Source of the DNA: a virus
Lineage: Duplodnaviria; Caudoviricetes
Strand: one strand, 5' to 3'
IMG/VR virus record: IMGVR_UViG_3300027983_002388
DNA length: 64,000 nt
The notes under the pieces are model-generated. The model was not told the DNA's origin, ran no database searches, and worked only from the letters and a program-made list of their open reading frames with translations. The translations under genes were made by a program, and so were the position numbers. Below are positions 26,994 through 36,618 of the stretch, one piece after another (position 1 is the first letter of the stretch; each line of letters starts with the position of its first letter).

Positions 26994-27924
26994 TCCCGTA
27001 TGCAATCTTTTGCCATACGAACGGGAAGATTTCTTGACTATTCAAGAGGTCGCACAAAAAATAGGGTGGGAAATTACAGCATTCAATCTTCCAGAAGCCT
27101 GGGAATTCTCCAAGGGCGAAGGAGTGATCGTTGCTGTACTCGATACGGGAGCAGATTTAGACCATGATGACCTCGTGGAAAATCTTCTTCCTGGCAGGAA
27201 CTTTGTTGATTCAAATTCACCGCCAGAAGATGATAACGGTCATGGATCACACGTCGCTGGCATCATCTGTGCTGCTAATAATGATTTTGGAGTTGTAGGT
27301 GTTGCTCCAAAGGCCAAGATCATTCCGGTTAAGGTGTTAGACAATAAAGGTGCGGGGAACCTACCAAACGTCGCCAATGGAATTCGTTGGGCCGCAGATC
27401 AAGGTGTTGACTTTATTACGTTGTCGCTTGGCGCACCGGCTCAAATGCCAATGATTCAAGATGCCATTCGTTATGCGGCATCCAAAGGAGCAGTAACTTG
27501 GTGTGCTGCTGGTAATGCTGGCAAAACACGACAGATATTCTATCCGGCTGCTTATCCCGAAGTAATCGGCATTGGTGCCATTGATGAAAACTTCGACCGT
27601 GCTTCTTTTAGCTGCACAGGTCCAGACTTGGATTTTGTGGCCCCAGGAGTAAAAATTTTGAGTACGGTTCCAGACAACTGGTATGCCGTTCTATCAGGCA
27701 CGAGTATGGCAAATCCATTTGCCGTAGGCGTGGCGTCATTGCTGTTGTCTTACAAGCGGACCAAGAATCTGAATATTCAGTTGAGAAATAATACTGACTA
27801 TATCAATTTAATGAAATCTTACACAATATCAACGAAAAATCCCGAATACGCCGGTCAAAGATTCTTTGAGGGATTCGGGATTATCGACCCACGCAAGATG
27901 GAATATTGGGTTAAGTCACATTAG
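26968..27924 (+). CDS. S8 subtilisin-like serine peptidase
   Basis: VLDTG, HGSHVAG, AAGN, GTSMA. Confidence 0.95.
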   Translation: MAQRIKLRNPVCNLLPYEREDFLTIQEVAQKIGWEITAFNLPEAWEFSKGEGVIVAVLDTGADLDHDDLVENLLPGRNFVDSNSPPEDDNGHGSHVAGIICAANNDFGVVGVAPKAKIIPVKVLDNKGAGNLPNVANGIRWAADQGVDFITLSLGAPAQMPMIQDAIRYAASKGAVTWCAAGNAGKTRQIFYPAAYPEVIGIGAIDENFDRASFSCTGPDLDFVAPGVKILSTVPDNWYAVLSGTSMANPFAVGVASLLLSYKRTKNLNIQLRNNTDYINLMKSYTISTKNPEYAGQRFFEGFGIIDPRKMEYWVKSH

Positions 27925-28510
27925 ATTCATTTTGAAGTTGTTCCCGTAGTTCTTGAATCTTTAATTTCAAAACTCCCGCAACTTCATAGTTCTCAACCTT
28001 GACGGCCTTGGCCATCTTGTCCTCAAGGTTTTTAATTTGATCTCGAATATTAAGCGCCGCTTCTTCTACGAGGCGGCGTTTTTCTTGTTCTTCAGGAAAT
28101 CGTTTAGGCACTTTTCCGATGTGCTTGGTAGCTCCGTTTTGGCATTTCTGTAAAATGTGTTCAATAGAAGCGTGATAATGCTCATAGCATTTTACACAAC
28201 CAAATTTACCAGTCTTGGCTATGTCCTCTGGAGTTGTACCACAACCAGGACATTTAGTCGATGATCTTGCAGCTTCACGCTTTTTTGAAGCGACAGTTCC
28301 GAGCATTAGCAGGGACAACAAACCGAGCAAACCACCCAAACCAGAGAGCTTCTCTGGTTCTAGCTTTATCTCTGATTCAATTGGACCGCCTGTATATTTG
28401 GCTGCACATTTTTCACACATATGCAAGTCTGTGTAGCTTCCATCTTTTAATTCTGTGATATGAAGAACCTTCTTCTCATCACAGGGCTGTTTGGAATATG
28501 GACAATCCAT
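27911..28510 (-). CDS. mcsA: McsA-like protein (CxxC motifs + UvrB/C domain)
   Basis: LHMCEKCA, CPGCG...KTGKFGCVKCYEH, HIGKVPK, AVKVENYEVAGVLKLKI. Confidence 0.85.
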   Translation of the reverse strand: MDCPYSKQPCDEKKVLHITELKDGSYTDLHMCEKCAAKYTGGPIESEIKLEPEKLSGLGGLLGLLSLLMLGTVASKKREAARSSTKCPGCGTTPEDIAKTGKFGCVKCYEHYHASIEHILQKCQNGATKHIGKVPKRFPEEQEKRRLVEEAALNIRDQIKNLEDKMAKAVKVENYEVAGVLKLKIQELREQLQNESNVT

Positions 28511-28513
28511 AAG

Positions 28514-29095
28514 TCATTCCTTTTTTCTTTCGATTAACTTTTCGACATTGTGAACAGATCGGATTTGATTAAGTGTGAACTCACTTTCTTTCTTATCCAA
28601 TTTGCTGAATTCCTTCAATGTCTTATCGGCGAAATCTTCGTAAGCGATGGCGTATTTCTTTCTTAGGTCCAATAGTTGATTATTGTATTTCTCGACATCG
28701 GTTTTAAGAGCAGGCTTATTTTCTTTTTCGCCTTCACCTTTTGGTTCATAAGCAGGGTCATCGAACTTTTTAAGTTCACGTTCCCATGCCTTTTGCAAAT
28801 TGGTCATCAACTTAGTCTGTTTTTCGGCCAACTCAAGTATAAAAACATTCTGCTCTTGAGTCGAAAAATCACTGAGCTTTTTTTCTTTTTTTGAATCTTT
28901 GGCTACCAATTTGAGGTCTTTATATCCACCACTAAAAGTGGCTGATTCTACTTTTTTGAAATAGTCAAAAGTATTTTTATAGTCTTCCAGAAAAGGAGCA
29001 GACTCTTGAACCAAGATGACTATTTGTGCTTTAGCAGGTTGGCAAACGCCAACGGACACAATCAAGGCGAACAAAAGAAGCAATAGGTTTTTCAT
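28514..29095 (-). CDS. secreted helical protein
   Basis: signal peptide MKNLLLLLFALIVSVGVCQPAKA. Confidence 0.7.
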   Translation of the reverse strand: MKNLLLLLFALIVSVGVCQPAKAQIVILVQESAPFLEDYKNTFDYFKKVESATFSGGYKDLKLVAKDSKKEKKLSDFSTQEQNVFILELAEKQTKLMTNLQKAWERELKKFDDPAYEPKGEGEKENKPALKTDVEKYNNQLLDLRKKYAIAYEDFADKTLKEFSKLDKKESEFTLNQIRSVHNVEKLIERKKE

Positions 29096-29148
29096 TTCAT
29101 CTCCAATATGTGGAACGTCACATATTCATAGGAGCAACAAGTATGAAA

Positions 29149-29973
29149 TTATGCTGGAATGCCATCACCTTTTATTCTCAAAACAAAACCGTCATTTTCA
29201 ATTGCTGGCGTATTGACAGGAACTATTCTCTTGATCCACACAGGAATACTATCAAGGGGACGAATATCGCCTACAGAAGCCGTTGAATCAAAAACGATAT
29301 TGTTGGGGTTTGTGGTATCGACATCAATAACGTCGGCCACACGATTGATGGGACCACCATTAACGGACTTGGCAACACTAATGGTTGTCAGTTGACTAGA
29401 CACTAGATTATTCCCGCCAGCTTTGAGAACCAAAACTTCGTGATGCCTTTTGGATGCCGCTCCTACAAAATCAATTTCAAACGTCGCACTTGAACCCGAC
29501 AACAACCCAGAAACCGTAACATCTTCGAGATTGGCAATAGATCGAATCGCAGTTTGAAGGTTTCCTGACCAAATGCTTAAATTTGCATCGTAATTTACGA
29601 TTATATCGTGGTTGCTGGTGTCTGTATACGTCAATGTAAAAGAACCACTTGTAATGGACGTGGCGTTCGCAACAGTTAAATTCTGTCGTTCATTGGATAA
29701 ATCGAATCCCAATTGCACCGTTACTTCGCCAGGAACAGTGTAGGCAACATAAATCAATGCGTTGTATAAAGAATCAACATTGCTTTCATTGTTGACATAA
29801 AAACACCGATAGTCAATGACGCCCGATTTAGTTTCGGCATTCGACACATCATCAAACAATCTCTTGTTGAGGATTGGCTGCACAGAGGGTTCGCCGCCCA
29901 GAGAGTTGTTGGGATCGGAATTTATGCTGCCACCTGAAAAAGTAAAAGTAATGTCGGAAATTGACAAGCTCAT
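29149..29973 (-). CDS. putative virion structural (tail/baseplate-associated) protein
   Basis: SGG...DPNNSLGG, LFDDVS..E...G..DYRCFYV.N, VWIKR pattern remembered from phage tail proteins. Confidence 0.65.
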   Translation of the reverse strand: MSLSISDITFTFSGGSINSDPNNSLGGEPSVQPILNKRLFDDVSNAETKSGVIDYRCFYVNNESNVDSLYNALIYVAYTVPGEVTVQLGFDLSNERQNLTVANATSITSGSFTLTYTDTSNHDIIVNYDANLSIWSGNLQTAIRSIANLEDVTVSGLLSGSSATFEIDFVGAASKRHHEVLVLKAGGNNLVSSQLTTISVAKSVNGGPINRVADVIDVDTTNPNNIVFDSTASVGDIRPLDSIPVWIKRIVPVNTPAIENDGFVLRIKGDGIPA

Positions 29974-30278
29974 TATTTGTTCCCTTCAGTAATATTTTTC
30001 GCAAGGATATATCGGACATTCCGAGGGGTATATCCTGTAAATTCGGCTATTTCTCGCACACCCCAGCCCAATTGAGAAAGATTCATCACTTTCTGATGAT
30101 TTACCTTTTGTCTATTTGGCGACACATCATTTGAGTGTAGAATACGATATATTTCCGCCTCCGACTTCCCAAATTGCTGGGCGATTTCCGAGATGCGTAT
30201 TTTTGGGCTGTTAAGGTAAACATTTATGATGTCCCCGTCCCCGCCCTGATCGGTTATGAATTGTTTGAATCCGTACAT
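29973..30278 (-). CDS. double helix-turn-helix protein with capsid-targeting-like N-terminus (MYGFKQFITDQ)
   Basis: ISEIAQQFGKSEAEIYRIL and VREIAEFTGYTPRNVRYIL. Confidence 0.75.
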   Translation of the reverse strand: MYGFKQFITDQGGDGDIINVYLNSPKIRISEIAQQFGKSEAEIYRILHSNDVSPNRQKVNHQKVMNLSQLGWGVREIAEFTGYTPRNVRYILAKNITEGNK

Positions 30279-30365
30279 GCTTTATTAACGCTTGTGGGAT
30301 ATTTTTTCCCAAAGGGCATTGACCCACTTGATGAGCAACTGTAACATTTAGGACTGGAGACTGAT

Positions 30366-31142
30366 ATGAGTTACAACCGCTATATCGACTGGAAGCCGGT
30401 CCCGGCAAACTCGAAGATTCTACAGATATATTCCAAAGGATTGGAATATGCCTTGGTTTCTGCCGATTACGAGCAGTGTCATCCATTCGTGTGGTGTAAA
30501 GACTTTCTCCATGATGTCATGTATGGAACTTTGCACAATAAATGGTTTGAAATATACAAGTTCAAATACAACCCGACACTTGATTCGGCTCCTTGTCTTG
30601 ACCGGATTCGGTTGTTGCTCACAAATTCAAAAGACAAGAAATTTGCAGAAAAAATTCCGGCTGTTATTGATTTCATAAATCAAATTGAAGAACGCCTCAA
30701 AATCAAAAAGTCATTTGCTCGAAAATGCGGTTGTCCACCCGAAGCATACCAAAAAGCTGGTGTGTTTATGTTTGAAGGCAGCAAGAGATGGATTCAATCA
30801 CCGCCAATGCTTTCGCTCTACACTTTGTTGTTGCGTGTAGGGTTCTGTCACACAGTAGGTGACTCCTTTTTGAAAACAATCGAAGGAGTCAAGTCTGGCG
30901 AGATCAAACCTTACCAGAAGAAGGACGGATACTGGCTTAAAAGCTCAGATATTGCCCTTCAAAAGATTTTGCGGGTCGGCGACCGACGAATCTTCTACAG
31001 AGATATTCAGTTGAACTACCCTAGCAATATGCAGATCGACTCGATCCACAACAAGCTGGGTATTATCGGGTTTGCCACGGACATAATGTACAATGCCATT
31101 GGCCAACCCGTTCTCGTTCCGTACTGGCACTATCAAAAGTGA
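30366..31142 (+). CDS. hypothetical protein upstream of the COOH-NH2 ligase
   Basis: GGAG SD; 258 aa. Confidence 0.7.
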   Translation: MSYNRYIDWKPVPANSKILQIYSKGLEYALVSADYEQCHPFVWCKDFLHDVMYGTLHNKWFEIYKFKYNPTLDSAPCLDRIRLLLTNSKDKKFAEKIPAVIDFINQIEERLKIKKSFARKCGCPPEAYQKAGVFMFEGSKRWIQSPPMLSLYTLLLRVGFCHTVGDSFLKTIEGVKSGEIKPYQKKDGYWLKSSDIALQKILRVGDRRIFYRDIQLNYPSNMQIDSIHNKLGIIGFATDIMYNAIGQPVLVPYWHYQK

Positions 31143-31151
31143 GGATTAGTT

Positions 31152-32093
31152 ATGGGCTTTACATTTGGAAGCGACCCTGAGTTCATGTTGACGCATCATG
31201 ATGAACTCAAGAGCGCAATCGACATTCTTCCCAAAAAAGAAAATGCCGTAATCAAACACGGGCATGGATATTACTTCGATAATGTCTTAGCTGAGATTGC
31301 AGTAAAACCAGCCAAGAATAAAGACGAAGCTCTATACAACATGCGATCTGCGCTGCATGGACTTGCTCAGGTCATTCAACCTGCCAAGTTCGTCACAAGG
31401 GCATCTGGCAATTACCCTAAAAAAGAATTGAATTGCCCTGATGCCAAGATTGCTGGATGTAATCCAGAATGGAACGTGTACAGTCTTCAACAGGTATTCC
31501 CACCCGACGAGGATGTGGACCTTCTGGATGGCTACTACCAGTTCAAGACGCCATTCCGTTCAGCGGGCGGTCACATCCATATTGGAAGTGATAGCCTTCA
31601 AGACCCTATGGAAGCATTCAGCGTCATTCGCATGATGGACTTGTTCCTGGGCATTCCTTCTATCTTTATGGATACAGATGAGACATCCAAAGACAGAAGA
31701 ACAATCTATGGTCATGCAGGGTCGCATCGTATTCCAGATTATGGTTTGGAATATCGTGCATTGGGTAATTTCTGGCTGTCATCGCCAGAGCATGTTGCTT
31801 TGATGTACGATCTCACTGAATTCGTTTTAGGCTTTGTAAACAAAAAAACCCACGAACGATTCTGGACTGTGAACGAGGATTTGTTGGACGAAGACGATCC
31901 CAGCGTTGCGTATTCTTGTTTTGGCTACGATGTCAATATGCTCCGCAAAGCAATTGACACATGCAGCAGAAAAGAAGCTGATAAGTTCATGATATTCGTG
32001 AGCAACTATCTGCCGACTCGTTTGTCACAAGCGATTGAACGGCTTTCTGGTAAAGCCCTTCCTGATCCTTATGTCGCATGGAATATTGAATAA
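31152..32093 (+). CDS. phiEco32-like COOH-NH2 ligase type 2
   Basis: FGSDPEF, DNVLAE, GCNPE.N.Y, RSAGGHIHIG, RR.IYG.AG..R...YGLEYR. Confidence 0.88.
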   Translation: MGFTFGSDPEFMLTHHDELKSAIDILPKKENAVIKHGHGYYFDNVLAEIAVKPAKNKDEALYNMRSALHGLAQVIQPAKFVTRASGNYPKKELNCPDAKIAGCNPEWNVYSLQQVFPPDEDVDLLDGYYQFKTPFRSAGGHIHIGSDSLQDPMEAFSVIRMMDLFLGIPSIFMDTDETSKDRRTIYGHAGSHRIPDYGLEYRALGNFWLSSPEHVALMYDLTEFVLGFVNKKTHERFWTVNEDLLDEDDPSVAYSCFGYDVNMLRKAIDTCSRKEADKFMIFVSNYLPTRLSQAIERLSGKALPDPYVAWNIE

Positions 32094-32758
32094 TGTATGA
32101 AGTATTCGTTCGTGAATCACACGGAGAGTGTCTAGGTTTAATCGTGTTGCTACCGGGTCGTGGACAGCCTGCAAAGGACATCCTGACCCGGTATCATCGC
32201 TATTCGACATTAGATCAATTCACATTGGTGGCTGTAGAGCCAGTCGATGAATGGTATCCTGCGCCAAATGGCGCAGAAGATCAAATGGAAGCGGTATGGG
32301 GGCTGAGGCTATCTGTGCCTCAGATGGATGGGTTCATTGCTGAACTTGAAGAAGAATTTGAAGTGGATAGGTCCAATGTGACCTTGAGTGGTTTTTCAGC
32401 CGGGGCTGTAATGGCAATTCAAATTGCGGCCCACACAGATAGACCATTCAACTCTGTGATTGCTCACAATGGAGCAATTCTGGCACCTGAAGAATTGCCA
32501 GAGTCAATTCATCCAACTAAATATCTTGTTCTTCACAACGAAAATGACGATTGCTTTTCATGGGAAGAACGATATTTGCCTATGAAGAATGCACTAATGG
32601 AACGAGGTTACGACTTAGAAGTGTTCGAGAACGAAGTCGGTGGTCACTATATCGCTCCAGAAGACGTTGAAGAAGTTGGCCTCTGGTTGAGAGAGCAATA
32701 TGATTTACCTATGCCGGAAAAATCAACGGACTCTTTTTCTGAAGAGTCTCCCGAATAA
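32093..32758 (+). CDS. alpha/beta hydrolase (phospholipase/carboxylesterase-like)
   Basis: LLPGRG, GFSAG nucleophile elbow, NDDC, GGH. Confidence 0.82.
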   Translation: MYEVFVRESHGECLGLIVLLPGRGQPAKDILTRYHRYSTLDQFTLVAVEPVDEWYPAPNGAEDQMEAVWGLRLSVPQMDGFIAELEEEFEVDRSNVTLSGFSAGAVMAIQIAAHTDRPFNSVIAHNGAILAPEELPESIHPTKYLVLHNENDDCFSWEERYLPMKNALMERGYDLEVFENEVGGHYIAPEDVEEVGLWLREQYDLPMPEKSTDSFSEESPE

Positions 32759-33419
32759 CTCGGCATGATTGCCTCAAGTCGAACTCTCGACACTTGTGAC
32801 ACATCCACGACAACTTGTATTCTTGGAAGGCCCTCATTTCCAATAATAAACGCTTTTTGTGAATGAAGAATTCTTCTTTGCAACATTTGCATATCGTTTG
32901 AGTGTATCCGTCTTTGGCTTGTTTGCCAATTTTATGTTTGGAATTATGCGATTCATAATATCGCAGTAATTCATCAGGCATATTTGGCACTATGAAATTA
33001 GAGCCAACCAGCCAGCCATATTTAGAACCATCTTTGTGCATTGACGGCGGCACAACAGATTGATGTTTGTGCGCACGGAATTCCATTCCGTTAAAGACCT
33101 TGCGAGTCAAAGAGGGATCGGGATTCAAAAAAATATGATGTGTTGACTTGGAGCTACGAAACTTAGGATGAGGCGTATATTCTGTCATCTGATGCAAAAG
33201 ATCATTCGCCTCTTCTGTATCTCCTTCAACGTCTACTACACTCCCAAGCAATATACCCATTTCGTAGGCGTTTTCAATTTCAAAGTATGGACGCCATTTT
33301 TCAGCGGTCCAGTTGCCATTCCAATTTAGTCCAACAGGGGCTTTCTTTGCTTTGAAAATCGCAATGGGCTGGAACCCGGCTTGAACGTAGAGTTCAAACC
33401 ATTCTGCTTTTGTTGGCAT
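32709..33419 (-). CDS. bifunctional DNA primase/polymerase (prim-pol) N-terminal domain protein
   Basis: GFQPIAI...K.P, GILLG..VDVE, S.KS.HH.F, EFR...QSVVPPS.H..G..Y.W. Confidence 0.8.
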   Translation of the reverse strand: MPTKAEWFELYVQAGFQPIAIFKAKKAPVGLNWNGNWTAEKWRPYFEIENAYEMGILLGSVVDVEGDTEEANDLLHQMTEYTPHPKFRSSKSTHHIFLNPDPSLTRKVFNGMEFRAHKHQSVVPPSMHKDGSKYGWLVGSNFIVPNMPDELLRYYESHNSKHKIGKQAKDGYTQTICKCCKEEFFIHKKRLLLEMRAFQEYKLSWMCHKCREFDLRQSCRVIRETLQKKSPLIFPA

Positions 33420-33430
33420 GTGCGTCCTGC

Positions 33431-33589
33431 TTACGAGTGAGATGGATCACGAAGATACGCTTTTGTAGCTTCAATAATATTGTCAGTGGTGAGACTTTCA
33501 ATAACAATGCCCTGACGATGCGCCCACTCTACCACCTTGAGAATATTCTTCTCATTTGATTTGTTGAGCCAGAAGTTTCGCAGTTTCAT
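33431..33589 (-). CDS. small protein (MKLRNFWLNKSNE)
   Basis: 52 aa; weak capsid-targeting-like start. Confidence 0.5.
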   Translation of the reverse strand: MKLRNFWLNKSNEKNILKVVEWAHRQGIVIESLTTDNIIEATKAYLRDPSHS

Positions 33590-33624
33590 TTTGCACACTC
33601 TACTATTGTTAAGAGGTAAAATCA

Positions 33625-34533
33625 ATGTCAAAAACAGCCCTAGTTACTGGTGCCAGCGGGTTCGTTGGCCATCATCTTTGCAATATACTTTACAACCAAG
33701 GTTGGAAAGTTGTCGCCATAGGAACCAAAGGTGAACATAAACCTTTGTGTCATAAATTCCTCCAGTTTAACTTAGATGGTATCGCATGGGATTTAGTCCC
33801 AAAGATAGACGTTTGTTTTCATCAGGCGGCAAATAATGATACGACGGATATGGACATGGAAAATATGCTCCGGTCGAACCTGACTGCTCCGTCGAATCTA
33901 TTCTATAGTTTGGCACGAGAAAAAGGTTGCAAACAATTTGTGTATGCGTCCAGTTGTTCTGTATATGGCAACGAGGCTGTGCCATACAAAGAGAAAGAAA
34001 CACGATTAGACCCTTTGAACCCATACGCTCATTCCAAAATGTTGTTTGAGCAATTCGCTGAGAGCTTTGCCCTTGAATACAGCGTCAATCTTATTGGTCT
34101 TAGATATTCCAATGTTTATGGACCGGGAGAAAGTCACAAGGGGAAGCGATCAAGTATGATAAGCCAATTATTGCAAAAAATGCAACTAGGGGAAAGGCCA
34201 AAAATATTCAAATTAGGAGAACATTTAAGAGATTGGGTGTACATCGAAGATGTTATAAGTGCCAACATATTGGCAAGCGAATACAAATACTCAAACGTAT
34301 TCAATGTTGGTTCAGGAGAAGCCATGAGTTTCAACAACGTAGTTGCTACGTTGAATGCCGAATTGGGATCAAATCTGGAACCAGAGTATATCGACTGTCC
34401 ATTCTTAGATACCTATCAATCACACACATTGCTTGATCTAACGCACTCTAAGGCAAATTTAGGATATAACCCCGAATACGGACCAAAGGCGGGAATCAAA
34501 CGATTTGTGGAAGAAATTAGAATCGCTCCTTGA
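33625..34533 (+). CDS. NAD-dependent epimerase/dehydratase (HldD/GalE-like)
   Basis: TGASGFVG, YASSCSVYG, YAHSK, RYSNVYGP, RDWVYIED. Confidence 0.92.
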   Translation: MSKTALVTGASGFVGHHLCNILYNQGWKVVAIGTKGEHKPLCHKFLQFNLDGIAWDLVPKIDVCFHQAANNDTTDMDMENMLRSNLTAPSNLFYSLAREKGCKQFVYASSCSVYGNEAVPYKEKETRLDPLNPYAHSKMLFEQFAESFALEYSVNLIGLRYSNVYGPGESHKGKRSSMISQLLQKMQLGERPKIFKLGEHLRDWVYIEDVISANILASEYKYSNVFNVGSGEAMSFNNVVATLNAELGSNLEPEYIDCPFLDTYQSHTLLDLTHSKANLGYNPEYGPKAGIKRFVEEIRIAP

Positions 34534-34708
34534 CTTCTCTTGGTCTGCCAATTGTAGAGTCTTTGTCTATCTTTTCAGAATAGCATCACATACAAAATCA
34601 ATCAAATTACAAACTTTGTATTTGCGACAGAATTCCACGACGACTAATCATAATTCAACCTAACTACAAAAAATTGTTAAATAGCGTTTTGATCCATTGA
34701 ATTAAAAA

Positions 34709-34734
34709 AAAAAGTGTCATTTCTGACACTTTTT
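34709..34734 (-). terminator. intrinsic terminator
   Basis: AAAAAGTGTCA-tttc-TGACACTTTTT with an A10 run. Confidence 0.75.
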
Positions 34735-34752
34735 GACCCGTTTATATTGATG

Positions 34753-35721
34753 TTACAAATCGCCTATTCTGCTTTGGACAGGGAATCCTGCTTGTCCCGG
34801 CTCAGGACGAACAGCCTGAGTTAAGTTTTCAGTGTCAACTGGAGTGAACAAGTTTTCGCCATTGCCAGTGCTTTGATATTCAGTCCAACCATCGTTGTAC
34901 TTCGTATCAGGTGAACTGCCAGTCATGCTCTTAACACTGTTCCACCATTTTTCGTCATCAGTAGCTTCTTTTTGCATTTTCTTCTTGGATGACTTCTTGG
35001 AGTTCTTCTTTGAGAACATTGGGCCAGCATCGCCCATGCCACCACCGACATCGCCGCCCTTGCCACCGAGCTTGATCTTAGACTTCAGGTCTTCACCTTC
35101 ATCGTCCCCTTCATCATCGCCCATATCTTCGTCGCTGTCGCCTTCTTCGTCCTCGACGCCCATATCCATATCTTGGTCATCTTCTTCAGCGTCTTCTTCA
35201 TCGTCGCTGTCGTCGTTATCAGACCACATTTTCTTCTTGGACTTCATCATCTTTTTCTTGGACTTCTTTTTAGAGAAGAGAACTGAGTTCAAGTCTTTCT
35301 TGCCCTCGTCGTCTCCTTCGTCGTCGCCCTCAGCGTCAATGTCATCGCCTTCTTCATCATCCATGTCTTCGTCGCCCATATCGGCACCACACTTGGACTT
35401 AGACTTCTTCTTGGACTTAGCACCACACATATTGCTGAACTTAGGCTTTTCGTCACCGTCATCAGCATCTACATCAACGTCCACATCTGGATCGTCTTTG
35501 TCGGACGAAGGCTCGACCATTTCGCCGTCGCCTGTTTCGTCATCATCATCGCCAAACATTTTCTTTTTGGCTTTCTTCTTTGCCATTTTCTTGGATTCTT
35601 CAAGGTCCATGCCGAAACCGGATGGAGCTTGAATTCCGAGGTTTGATGGGTTGGAAATACCAAGATTGAAACTCGGCAATACAGACTCATTCAGCGTCTT
35701 CCACTGTTTGTACGTTAGCAT
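34753..35721 (-). CDS. highly charged D/E/K-block protein with capsid-targeting-like N-terminus (MLTYKQWKTLNES); scaffold/core-like
   Basis: alternating acidic and KKKSKKK blocks. Confidence 0.7.
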   Translation of the reverse strand: MLTYKQWKTLNESVLPSFNLGISNPSNLGIQAPSGFGMDLEESKKMAKKKAKKKMFGDDDDETGDGEMVEPSSDKDDPDVDVDVDADDGDEKPKFSNMCGAKSKKKSKSKCGADMGDEDMDDEEGDDIDAEGDDEGDDEGKKDLNSVLFSKKKSKKKMMKSKKKMWSDNDDSDDEEDAEEDDQDMDMGVEDEEGDSDEDMGDDEGDDEGEDLKSKIKLGGKGGDVGGGMGDAGPMFSKKNSKKSSKKKMQKEATDDEKWWNSVKSMTGSSPDTKYNDGWTEYQSTGNGENLFTPVDTENLTQAVRPEPGQAGFPVQSRIGDL

Positions 35722-35796
35722 AATTATTCCTCTTTCGATCTAAACGGGTTAAATCTATATATGTCAGGCTCCAAATCTTTTCCAAAGGAACGGGAA

Positions 35797-36618
35797 ATGA
35801 AAAAAATACTTCTCGCCTTGGCTTTCTTCGGTGCATTAGCGTATTTGTATTGGGTTTTGACAACACCGAGAATAACGCCGGTTTATCTATCCCCCACAGA
35901 TCAAATATCTAAGCAAGAAAAGCCACAGCCAATTCATGAGATTTACGATATTATCAAAGTAATCAACGATAGAAGCTCAAAGATCAAGAGCCTTTATATT
36001 GACGAAATGCCTATTCGTCTTCAACAAGGCAACATGACCGCCAAGGTATATGGTGAGTTAGCAATGGAAAAAGAAAAGAACTTCCGATTAAAGGTGACAC
36101 ACCGATTGACCGGAAAAGAGATGGATATTGGGTCAAATAAGAGTCATTTTTGGTTCTGGTCCAAACGCATGACCCCACCCTCTCTGCACTTTGCAAAGCA
36201 TGAAGACCTTGACAAAACGATGCTGCGAACCGCCCTAAATCCATCCTGGATGATGGAATCCCTCAATATAAGTCCGGTCAACACAGAAAACATTGAAATC
36301 GCCAAATTCAAAGACTTTTGGGCAACCATTCAACCCAGAACAAGTAGTACCGGCGAAAAAGTCACAGTTGTTACGTTGATCCATCCTACTCAAAAAGTAA
36401 TTGTTGGAAGATATTTGTATAATCAAGACGGAAAATTGATCGCCAGCACTGAGTATCAGGACTTTTCCAGTGCCATTCCTCGAAAGATATTTATCATCTG
36501 GTATGAGGAAGGAATAACTTTGGATTGGGATTTATCTGGAGTACAAACAAATGTGGGCATCAATCCACAATTCTGGGTGATGCCCGACATGAAAAACAAA
36601 ATAGACATGGGAAAATAG
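35797..36618 (+). CDS. membrane-anchored protein resembling a Planctomycetota-conserved family
   Basis: N-terminal TM; NFRL...MDIGSN..HFWFWS...PPSLHFAKHED resembles remembered planctomycete LGSN.E.FWFW proteins. Confidence 0.55.
   Translation: MKKILLALAFFGALAYLYWVLTTPRITPVYLSPTDQISKQEKPQPIHEIYDIIKVINDRSSKIKSLYIDEMPIRLQQGNMTAKVYGELAMEKEKNFRLKVTHRLTGKEMDIGSNKSHFWFWSKRMTPPSLHFAKHEDLDKTMLRTALNPSWMMESLNISPVNTENIEIAKFKDFWATIQPRTSSTGEKVTVVTLIHPTQKVIVGRYLYNQDGKLIASTEYQDFSSAIPRKIFIIWYEEGITLDWDLSGVQTNVGINPQFWVMPDMKNKIDMGK

Noticed and set aside
34895-35632. 245-aa Ser/Phe-rich + strand ORF
   Set aside because: Antisense shadow of the D/E/K-rich gene; likewise 14576..15295, 39710..39988, 58551..59134 and many short overlapping ORFs in the track
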